NCBI GenBank assembly: GCA_963677435.1
Contig: OY781945.1
Coordinates: 1,536,001-1,600,000 of the forward strand
Origin: an uncultured Aliarcobacter sp.
GTDB lineage: Bacteria > Campylobacterota > Campylobacteria > Campylobacterales > Arcobacteraceae
Reading direction: 5' to 3'
DNA length: 64,000 bases
In this document: one piece after another, positions 1 to 8,410 of the stretch
How the letters are laid out: the number at the start of each line of letters is the position of its first letter
Numbering within the stretch: the first letter of the stretch is position 1
Notes under the pieces: model-generated
What the model was told of the DNA's origin: nothing
What the model saw: only the letters and a program-made list of their open reading frames with translations
Database searches by the model: none
Made by a program: the position numbers and the translations under genes

Positions 1-24
1 ATCTATTTTTTGTGGTACTGTCAT
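1..24 (-). CDS. 5' end of a gene running off the left edge (MTVPQKID...), product not determinable
   Basis: ATG at 24 on minus strand, 2 nt after the stop of the lipoate ligase gene; open to window edge. Confidence 0.4.
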
Positions 25-26
25 TT

Positions 27-743
27 TCACTTACCTTCTAATATTTTTTTTAAATTTTCATTTTCAATTGGCGATAATTGTGATAATATCAATTTTGCAT
101 CAAAAGACTCATTGAAAGATTCAATTAGTTTATTTTGTGCTTCTTCAAAACTTAGATGTATATCTAAATCTTCAAGAGATATTCCCATTTTTTTATCTTT
201 TTTTGTTTTAAATATTGGAATTGAGCCATGTTGAAATATTAGTTTTTTATTTCTTTTTTGAGCATTTCCACCTATTTTATTTCCATCAACGATAATATCA
301 TAAGCTTCAAATCCAACTTGACAAAACTCATTTTTTTTCAATTTTATGTATTCTGAATCTTTTACGAAAGTAGGGTTTAATCCTAGTTTTCTATAAAATT
401 CCAATAGAAATTGGCATATTTTTTCATAAGACTGTTTAACACTTAAAGTTCCAAATTCAGTATTTGATGACACTAAACTATAAGATATATCATGACCATG
501 GAATAAAACTCCACCGCCAGTTATTCTTTTTGAACAATTATTATTATAGATTTTTCTTAAGTCATCATAATGTTCTAAATCTTGTCCTAATCCAATAGTA
601 AAAGAATCTTCCCAAGTATAAAATCTTAAGATTGGCATATCATCTTTTTCAAAAGAAATAGTCAATGCTTTATCTATAGCCATATTCATTTTCGCGCTAT
701 TATTATTTGTTAAAATTAATCTATACTTTTTTTTGTCAACCAT
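27..743 (-). CDS. Lipoate-protein ligase / octanoyltransferase family protein (LplA/LipM-like)
   Basis: NMAID, LRFYTW, KRITGGGVLFH, KIGGNAQ, QHGSI motifs; divergent from PDH operon. Confidence 0.85.
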   Translation of the reverse strand: MVDKKKYRLILTNNNSAKMNMAIDKALTISFEKDDMPILRFYTWEDSFTIGLGQDLEHYDDLRKIYNNNCSKRITGGGVLFHGHDISYSLVSSNTEFGTLSVKQSYEKICQFLLEFYRKLGLNPTFVKDSEYIKLKKNEFCQVGFEAYDIIVDGNKIGGNAQKRNKKLIFQHGSIPIFKTKKDKKMGISLEDLDIHLSFEEAQNKLIESFNESFDAKLILSQLSPIENENLKKILEGK

Positions 744-913
744 TTAATTTATTCCTATGAGTGTAATTTTACACAAAATAAAATAAAATACTTATAAAAA
801 TCTTAAAATTTAAAATTAATATAAGTTTATAATTGTATCATAATAAATGTTAATTTTCTAAACTCTAGAAAATAATAATAATACTAATAATAATAAAAAC
901 AATAAGGATATCA

Positions 914-3586
914 ATGCAAAATGAATATTTAAAAGACATTAATCCAGAAGAAACAAATGAATGGCTTGAAGCATTAGAAAATATTATAGAAGAAGGTGGA
1001 CCTAAAAGAGCTCACTATATTTTAGAAAAATTAATTGATAAGGCAAGAAGAAAAGGTACGTATCTACCGTTTAGAGCAACAACAGCATACCTAAATAGTA
1101 TTGATGTTGAAGATGAACCTAAGATGCCAGGTGATAGAGATATCGAAAGAAGAATCAGATCTGCAATTAGATGGAATGCAACAATGATGGTATTAAGAGC
1201 ATCTAAAAAGAATTTAGAGCTTGGTGGACATATTGCATCATTTCAATCTTCTGCAACATTATATGATGTAGGATTTAACCATTTCTTTAGAGCTCCGAAT
1301 GAAAAAGATGGTGGAGATTTAATTTTCTTCCAAGGGCATATTGCACCTGGTATTTATGCTAGATCTTTCTTAGAAGGAAGAATTACAAAAGAGCAAATGG
1401 ATAACTTTAGACAAGAAGTTGATGGACAAGGTTTATCATCTTATCCTCACCCAAAATTAATGCCAGATTATTGGCAATTCCCAACAGTATCTATGGGACT
1501 TGGACCAATTCAAGCAATTTACCAAGCAAGATTCTTAAAATACTTAACAAATAGAGGTATTAAAGATTGTAGCGAGCAAAAAGTATATTGTTTTATGGGT
1601 GATGGTGAGTGTGACGAACCTGAATCTTTAGGAGCAATTTCATTAGCAGGAAGAGAAGGTTTAGATAATTTAGTATTTGTTATCAATTGTAACTTACAAA
1701 GACTAGATGGACCAGTTAGAGGTAATGGAAAAATCATTCAAGAACTAGAAGGAAACTTTAGAGGAAATGGGTGGAGAGTAGTTAAAGTAATCTGGGGAAG
1801 ACACTGGGATGCTTTATTACAAAAAGACAAATCTGGTAAGCTTTTACAATTAATGGAAGAGACAGTTGATGGTGAGTACCAAAACTTTAAACAAAAAGGT
1901 GGAGCTTACACAAGAGAACACTTCTTTAATAAATACCCTGAAACTGCAAAATTAGTTGAAAATATGTCTGATGAAGATATTTTTGCCTTAAACAGAGGTG
2001 GACATGACCCATTAAAAGTTTATGCAGCATATGAAGCAGCAGAAAAAACAAAAGATAGACCAACAGTTATTTTAGCTAAAACTGTAAAAGGTTATGGAAT
2101 GGGTGAAGCAGCTGAAGGTAAAAATATTGCTCACGGTGTTAAAAAAGTTGATTTAGATTCATTAAGACAATTTAGAGATAGATTTAGAATTCCTTTCTCA
2201 GATCAAGAGTTAGAAAAATTACCATATTATACTTTTGATGAAGATTCTGTTGAAATGAAATATATGAAAGCAAGAAGAGCTGAACTTCATGGTTTTGTTC
2301 CTCAAAGATTAGAGAAATTTACTAATAAATTAGAAATTCCTTCTTTAGCTGAATTTGAATCTATTACAAAAGGAAGTGGTGATAGAGAAATCTCTACTAC
2401 TATGGCTTTTGTAAGAATCTTAAATATATTAGTAAAAGATAAAAATATCGGTAAACAAATTGTTCCTATTGTTCCTGATGAAGCTAGAACTTTTGGTATG
2501 GAAGGTATGTTTAGACAAATTGGTATTTATTCAAATGAGGGTCAAAAATATGTTCCTCAAGATAGAGATCAAGTTGCATATTATAAAGAAGATAAAGAAG
2601 GTCAAGTACTTCAAGAAGGTATTAATGAACTTGGAGCAATGGGTTCATGGGCAGCAGCAGCTACTTCATACTCTGTAAATGATGTTCCTATGATTCCATT
2701 TTACATCTATTACTCAATGTTCGGATTCCAAAGAACAGGTGATATGGCATGGGCAGCAGGTGATTTAAGAGCTAGAGGATTCTTAGTTGGTGGAACTGCA
2801 GGTAGAACTACATTAAATGGTGAAGGTTTACAACACGAAGATGGACATTCTCATATTTTAGCTAATACAATTCCAAGTTGTATCTCTTATGACCCAACTT
2901 ATGGTTATGAGTTAGCAGTAATTGTTCAAGATGGTATTAATAGAATGTATGGTGAAAAACAAGAAGATGTATTCTATTATTTAACAACTATGAATGAAAA
3001 CTACAAACAACCTGCAATGCCTGAAGGTGTTGAAGAAGGAATTTTAAAAGGTATTTATAAATTAGATACTGTTGATGCAGCTAATAATTATAAAGTTAAA
3101 TTATTAGGTTCAGGTACAATTTTAGAGCAAGTTAGACAAGCTGCTGATATTTTAGCATCAGAATATGGTGTAAAATCAGATGTTTATTCTGTTACTTCAT
3201 TCAATGAATTAGCAAGAGAAGCACAAGATGTAGAAAGATACAACTTATTACATCCAGATGAAAAGGATAAAACTCCTTATGTAACAACTGTATTAGGTGA
3301 AGATGAAGATAATATCATTGTTTCAGCAACTGATTATATGAAAATTTATTCTGAACAAATTAGAGCTTATGTAAAAGGTTCATTTAAAACTTTAGGAACA
3401 GATGGTTTTGGTAGATCTGATTCAAGAGCAAATTTAAGAGAACACTTTGAAGTTGATGCTAACTTTATTGTTTACACTACTCTATATTTATTAGTAGAAA
3501 ATGGTAAATTAGATAAAAAAGTATTAAATGAAGCTATTGCTAAATTTAAAATCAATCCAAATAAAATTAATCCATTATATGCATAA
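914..3586 (+). CDS. aceE: Pyruvate dehydrogenase E1, homodimeric type
   Basis: 890 aa; ELGGHIASFQSSA, SSYPHP, TPP motif GDGE..., GEGLQHEDGH; SD AAGGA upstream. Confidence 0.97.
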   Translation: MQNEYLKDINPEETNEWLEALENIIEEGGPKRAHYILEKLIDKARRKGTYLPFRATTAYLNSIDVEDEPKMPGDRDIERRIRSAIRWNATMMVLRASKKNLELGGHIASFQSSATLYDVGFNHFFRAPNEKDGGDLIFFQGHIAPGIYARSFLEGRITKEQMDNFRQEVDGQGLSSYPHPKLMPDYWQFPTVSMGLGPIQAIYQARFLKYLTNRGIKDCSEQKVYCFMGDGECDEPESLGAISLAGREGLDNLVFVINCNLQRLDGPVRGNGKIIQELEGNFRGNGWRVVKVIWGRHWDALLQKDKSGKLLQLMEETVDGEYQNFKQKGGAYTREHFFNKYPETAKLVENMSDEDIFALNRGGHDPLKVYAAYEAAEKTKDRPTVILAKTVKGYGMGEAAEGKNIAHGVKKVDLDSLRQFRDRFRIPFSDQELEKLPYYTFDEDSVEMKYMKARRAELHGFVPQRLEKFTNKLEIPSLAEFESITKGSGDREISTTMAFVRILNILVKDKNIGKQIVPIVPDEARTFGMEGMFRQIGIYSNEGQKYVPQDRDQVAYYKEDKEGQVLQEGINELGAMGSWAAAATSYSVNDVPMIPFYIYYSMFGFQRTGDMAWAAGDLRARGFLVGGTAGRTTLNGEGLQHEDGHSHILANTIPSCISYDPTYGYELAVIVQDGINRMYGEKQEDVFYYLTTMNENYKQPAMPEGVEEGILKGIYKLDTVDAANNYKVKLLGSGTILEQVRQAADILASEYGVKSDVYSVTSFNELAREAQDVERYNLLHPDEKDKTPYVTTVLGEDEDNIIVSATDYMKIYSEQIRAYVKGSFKTLGTDGFGRSDSRANLREHFEVDANFIVYTTLYLLVENGKLDKKVLNEAIAKFKINPNKINPLYA

Positions 3587-3595
3587 GGTGTGTCT

Positions 3596-5248
3596 ATGAG
3601 TATTGAACAAATAAAACTACCAGACGTTGGTGGAGAAGAAGTAGAAATTATTGAAATTAGTGTTAAAGTTGGCGATAGTATTAGTGAAGACGATACTATC
3701 ATTGTAGTAGAAACAGAAAAAGCTTCTATGGATATTCCTGCACCATTTGCTGGAACTATTGAATCTTTAGTTATTAAAGCTGGAGATAAAATTAAAGAGG
3801 GTGATTTAATCGCTACTTTAGCTACATCTGCATCAGCTTCTAGTGAAACTGTAAAAGAAGAAGTTGTAACTGCAGCACCTGCTAAAATAGTTGAAGAAGT
3901 TAAAACTGAAGAAAAAACTGTAGAAGTAAGTACAGCTTCACAAGAGACAACTTTAGTAATTGAAGATATTTTCGTTCCTGATGTAGGTGGAGATGAATCA
4001 GTTGATGTAATTGAAATTATTGCATCAGTTGGGGATTTTTTAAATGAAGAAGATGGAATAATTACTTTAGAAACTGAAAAAGCTACTATGGATGTTCCAA
4101 CACCAATTTCTGGTAAATTAGTTGAAATTCTTGTAAATGCTGGAGATAAAGTAAAAACTGGTTCTTTAATTGCAAGAATTGAAAAAACTGTAGTTGCTTC
4201 AACACCAAAAGAGGTTGCTAAAGAAGAAGTTATTGTAAAAAATGAGATGCCTGCTAAAGTAGAATCAAAAGTAGAAAATGTAAGTGTTGAATCTCATGTT
4301 ACAAAAACAACTGGTAAAACTTACGCATCACCAAGTATTAGAAGATTAGCTAGAGAATATGGTGTAGATTTAACATTAGTAAATGGTACAGGTCCTAAAA
4401 ATAGAATTTTAAAAGATGATATTAGATTATATATAAAATCTGTATTATCAAATCCAAGTTGTTCAAATTTAACTGCTTCTAGTAATACAGCAGGTGGTTT
4501 AGGATTTGAGTTAGCACCATTAAAAGAGATAGATTTCTCTAAATTTGGAGAAATTGAAGTTGTAGAATTATCAAAAATTCAAAAAATTTCAGGTCCATCA
4601 CTTCAAAGAAATGCAATCATTATTCCTCACATAACGCAATTTGATGAGGCAGATATTACTGATCTTGAAGAGTTTAGAAAAGAACAAAATACTATTTATT
4701 CAAAAATGAATTCAGATGTTAAAATATCTCCATTAGTATTTGCTGTTAAAGCTGTTGCAAAAGCATTAAGATTACATCCAAACTTTAATGCGTCATTATC
4801 TACTGATGGTCAATCAATGATTTTCAAAAAATATGTAAATGTTGCAGTTGCTGTTGACACACCAAATGGTTTAGTAGTTCCTGTAATTAAAGATGCTGAT
4901 AAAAAAGGTTTTGAAGAAATCGCACTTGAATTAAAAGAGCTTTCTATAAAAGCAAGAGCTGGAAAATTAACAGCAAATGATATGCAAGGTGCTTGTTTCA
5001 CAATTTCATCACTAGGTGGAATTGGTGGTACTGCATTTACTCCAATTATTAATGCACCTGAAGTTGCAATTTTAGGATTATCAAAATCAGAAATTAAACC
5101 TAAATATAATGGAAAAGAGTTTGAACCAAGATTAATGTTACCATTATCATTATCTTATGACCACAGAGCAATTGATGGTGCTGATGGTGCAAGATTTGTA
5201 ACGACATTATCGTCATTATTAGGCGATATTAGAAAAATACTTCTATAA
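3596..5248 (+). CDS. aceF: PDH E2 dihydrolipoamide acetyltransferase with two lipoyl domains
   Basis: Two ETEKA(S/T)MD lipoyl motifs, ASPSIRRLARE binding domain, catalytic DHRAIDG; ATG at 3596 after AAGG preferred. Confidence 0.96.
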   Translation: MSIEQIKLPDVGGEEVEIIEISVKVGDSISEDDTIIVVETEKASMDIPAPFAGTIESLVIKAGDKIKEGDLIATLATSASASSETVKEEVVTAAPAKIVEEVKTEEKTVEVSTASQETTLVIEDIFVPDVGGDESVDVIEIIASVGDFLNEEDGIITLETEKATMDVPTPISGKLVEILVNAGDKVKTGSLIARIEKTVVASTPKEVAKEEVIVKNEMPAKVESKVENVSVESHVTKTTGKTYASPSIRRLAREYGVDLTLVNGTGPKNRILKDDIRLYIKSVLSNPSCSNLTASSNTAGGLGFELAPLKEIDFSKFGEIEVVELSKIQKISGPSLQRNAIIIPHITQFDEADITDLEEFRKEQNTIYSKMNSDVKISPLVFAVKAVAKALRLHPNFNASLSTDGQSMIFKKYVNVAVAVDTPNGLVVPVIKDADKKGFEEIALELKELSIKARAGKLTANDMQGACFTISSLGGIGGTAFTPIINAPEVAILGLSKSEIKPKYNGKEFEPRLMLPLSLSYDHRAIDGADGARFVTTLSSLLGDIRKILL

Positions 5249-5262
5249 TAAAGGACTTTAGA

Positions 5263-6690
5263 ATGAGTAAAGAAATTAAAGCCCAAGTTTTAGTAATAGG
5301 TTCTGGACCAGCTGGTTATTCAGCTGCGTTTAGAAGTGCAGATTTAGGAATGAATGTTGTTTTAGTAGAAAAATTTCCAACTTTAGGTGGAGTTTGTTTA
5401 AATGTTGGATGTATTCCATCAAAAGCATTACTTCATGTTGCAAAAGTAAAAGAAGAAGCTGAGCATATTTCAGCTCATGGATTAACATTTTCAGAACCAA
5501 CTATTGATATAGCAAAAATTGCTGCTTATAAAAACGGTGTTGTAAAAAAACTAACTGATGGTTTAAGTGCCATGAGTAAAATGAGAAATGTAACTGTTGT
5601 TCAAGGAACAGCTTTATTTGTTGATAAAAACACAGTTCAAGTAACTGGAAAAGAAGATGTAACAATCACTTTTGAAAATGCAATTATTGCAGCTGGTTCA
5701 AGACCTATTAAATTACCCTTTATTCCCCATGAAGATCCAAGAATTTGGGATTCAACAGATGCTTTAGATTTAAAAGAGATTCCTAAAAAACTTCTTATTA
5801 TGGGTGGAGGAATTATCGGTCTTGAAATGGGAACAGTTTATCAAAAACTAGGTTCTTCTATTGATGTTGTTGAAATGCAAGACCAATTAGTTCCAATTGC
5901 TGATAAAGATGTTATCAAAATGTACACAAAAGCAAATAGTAAAAGATTTAATATCATGTTACAAACAAAAGTTGCTAAAGTTGAAGCAAAAGAAGATGGC
6001 ATTCATGTATCAATGGAAGGTGAGGGTGTTCAAACTGAACCTTTTATTTATGATGCTGTTTTAGTTGCTATTGGAAGAGCTGCAAATGGTAAACTTCTTA
6101 ACCTTGAAAATGCTGGTGTAAAAGTAAATGATTGGGGAATTATCGAAGTTGATAAACAAATGAGAACAAATGTAGAACATATTTTTGCAGTTGGTGACAT
6201 TGTTGGTCAACCAATGCTAGCACATAAAGGTGTACATGAAGCTCATGTTGCAGCAGAAGTAATTGCTGGTAAAAAACACTATTTTGAACCAAAAGTAATT
6301 CCATCAATTGCCTATACTTTCCCAGAAGTTGCTTGGGTTGGAATGACTGAAAAAGAAGCAATCGCTGCTGGAATTGATTATGAAGTTTCAACTTTCCCAT
6401 GGACAGCATCAGGAAGAGCATTAGCAAGTGATGTTAGTCAAAATGGTATGACTAAATTAATCTTTGATAAAAAAGACCATACTTTAATTGGTGGAGCTTT
6501 AGTTGGAGATAATGCAGGAGAGTTATTAGGTGAAATCACTTTAGCTCTTGAAATGGATTGTGATGCAGAAGATATTGCACTTACAATTCATGCTCATCCA
6601 ACGCTACATGAATCAGTTGGAATGGCTGCAGAAATTTATGAAGGAAGTATTACTGACCTTCCAAATGCTAAGGCAAAAAAGAATAAATAA
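5263..6690 (+). CDS. lpdA: Dihydrolipoamide dehydrogenase E3
   Basis: GSGPAGY, GGVCLNVGCIPSK redox motif, HAHPTLHE. Confidence 0.97.
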   Translation: MSKEIKAQVLVIGSGPAGYSAAFRSADLGMNVVLVEKFPTLGGVCLNVGCIPSKALLHVAKVKEEAEHISAHGLTFSEPTIDIAKIAAYKNGVVKKLTDGLSAMSKMRNVTVVQGTALFVDKNTVQVTGKEDVTITFENAIIAAGSRPIKLPFIPHEDPRIWDSTDALDLKEIPKKLLIMGGGIIGLEMGTVYQKLGSSIDVVEMQDQLVPIADKDVIKMYTKANSKRFNIMLQTKVAKVEAKEDGIHVSMEGEGVQTEPFIYDAVLVAIGRAANGKLLNLENAGVKVNDWGIIEVDKQMRTNVEHIFAVGDIVGQPMLAHKGVHEAHVAAEVIAGKKHYFEPKVIPSIAYTFPEVAWVGMTEKEAIAAGIDYEVSTFPWTASGRALASDVSQNGMTKLIFDKKDHTLIGGALVGDNAGELLGEITLALEMDCDAEDIALTIHAHPTLHESVGMAAEIYEGSITDLPNAKAKKNK

Positions 6691-6720
6691 AAAATAAGGC
6701 TTAAAAAAAGCCTTGTTTTT
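6691..6720 (+). terminator. Intrinsic terminator after lpdA
   Basis: AAAATAAGGCTT-AAAAA-AAGCCTTGTTTT hairpin ending in a T-tract. Confidence 0.7.
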
Positions 6721-6817
6721 CTCCCTTGTAAAAACTACCGAACTTACAAATAATTAACCTCAATCAAATCCTATTTAGATAAAATAATTAAATATTAAAT
6801 TTAGGATTATAGTTTTA

Positions 6818-6943
6818 ATGGCAAAAGAAAAAATATCAGGAAAGCTACTTTTTGAATTTTTTAAAACTCTGAATTTTTCAAATATAAATGTTGGTTATGC
6901 TGTAGCTAGTTTATCAACAAAATTACAAAATGACATCTTTTAA
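6818..6943 (+). CDS. Small 41-aa ORF or gene remnant (MAKEKISGKLLFEFFKTLNFSNINVGYAVASLSTKLQNDIF)
   Basis: ATG preceded by AGGA; ends 26 nt before next gene; not in supplied ORF track. Confidence 0.35.
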   Translation: MAKEKISGKLLFEFFKTLNFSNINVGYAVASLSTKLQNDIF

Positions 6944-6969
6944 TATAAATATTTAAGAGGATTAAAATT

Positions 6970-7835
6970 ATGACTAAATATATAATTTATTCAAAAAATC
7001 TTAGCAGTGGATTTGAAGAAGAAATTTTAAAAGAAAAATATGATGAATTAAATAAATCAAAAAAGATTCTTAGTGAAGTATTTGCAAAAGAAAAAATATA
7101 CAATATTATATTAATGAATTATTATGAATTTGAAAAAGAGTTATTTGAAATAAGTTTAACTAATGAAATTTTCCAATCTGATTATTCTGATTTTAGTGGG
7201 TATTTATCAAAAATCGAACAAAGAATTTTAAATTTATTATCATCAATTACCCTTTATTTAGACTCTTTTATAGATGATTTAAAAGATAAATATATAGAAG
7301 AATTAAAAAAAGAGTATAAACAAATTTCAGAAACTATAAAAGAAAAATTAGAAAATGAACAACAAATTAAACTGATGAAATATCTTAGAAATCAGATTCA
7401 ACATAATGGCTTATTAGTTACAAATTTTTCTCTTGATCGTAAAAAATATCAGATGAACTCAGAGAAGAAACTTTACAATTTGAGATTGATAAAAACACAA
7501 TTAAAGCAAGAGGTTTTAAAATTGATGAATTTACAGATTTTGATGAGAAAATAGATTTAAAAAAAACTATTCGAGTTTATATGGATTTTATAAGTGAAGT
7601 TCATAAACAATTTAGAGATTTAACAAATGAAAAAACTATAAATGCAAGGGGTGAGTTTGAGAATATTTTAAATCAATATTCTCAATATAACTATTTATGT
7701 ATAGCTCAGAAAATCAATAAAGAGATAAAAAATGAGTTTCAGATATTACTTTATTGGGATGATATAAGAGTTGACATGATAAAGAAAAATAAAGTGCCAA
7801 AAGCATTTAAAAGACATTCTATAAATACAAAATAA
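6970..7835 (+). pseudogene. Frameshifted ~288-aa protein with HEPN-like R-x4-H motif (LRNQIQH)
   Basis: ORFs 6970-7554 and 7581-7835 join into one frame if one A is added to the A-run starting at 7441; second frame is open from there (KISDELREETLQF...RVYMDFISEVH). Confidence 0.7.
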
Positions 7836-7891
7836 CAAGTAAAGATTAATTAAAATGGTAAACTTGATTGGAAGTTTAAAAAATAGAATTT

Positions 7892-7916
7892 AAAAGAGTA
7901 AATAACTTACTCTTTT
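7892..7916. terminator. Bidirectional terminator between convergent genes
   Basis: AAAAGAGTAA-ATAAC-TTACTCTTTT inverted repeat. Confidence 0.55.
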
Positions 7917-8410
7917 TTACTTCCATGACCATGACCTGAAGAGTTTCCTCTTTCAACAAACTCTTCAAAGTTATCTCCTCCTAAGTTATAGGCTTTTCCA
8001 AATCCAAAAACTGCTTCTCCATAAAAAGGTGTAAATTCAAAGATGTAAAAATCTCCCATTTTATGAAGTGTATCTACCATATCACTTTCAAATTTAGTTC
8101 TAAATTCATCTAAAATTATTTTTTCATTTTCTGTATTTTGTTCTAATCTTTTAGTTTTACATTGGATTGATACTCTTTTTTTACCAAAGATATTTTTACA
8201 ATCTTGTTCATCTTCACAAAAGAAAATTGAAGCTATTTCATTATTTGTTAAATTTGATGAGTGTTTTGCCATCAAAGATAGATATACGTAATATTTGTGA
8301 TTGTGTTTTACAAAAGGTGCATAAGATGAAAATGGATTTTTATTTTCATCAAGTGAACTAATTGTCAGACTCTTAAGAGTTTCTAAAAACTCATTTAAAT
8401 TTTTTGCCAT
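7907..8410 (-). CDS. HugZ/HutZ-like split-barrel protein (pyridoxamine 5'-phosphate oxidase-like family)
   Basis: PFSSYAPFV, YVYLSLMAKHSSNL, DFYIFEF, VFGFGKAY, His-containing C-terminus. Confidence 0.8.
   Translation of the reverse strand: MAKNLNEFLETLKSLTISSLDENKNPFSSYAPFVKHNHKYYVYLSLMAKHSSNLTNNEIASIFFCEDEQDCKNIFGKKRVSIQCKTKRLEQNTENEKIILDEFRTKFESDMVDTLHKMGDFYIFEFTPFYGEAVFGFGKAYNLGGDNFEEFVERGNSSGHGHGSKKE

Noticed and set aside
871..897. AAT-repeat tract upstream of aceE as a Fur box or phase-variable repeat
   Set aside because: Imperfect, lacks the GATAAT/ATTATC dyad, and low-complexity AT runs are expected in this genome.
3596..4200. Internal sequence duplication in aceF
   Set aside because: Explained by the two tandem lipoyl domains normal for E2.
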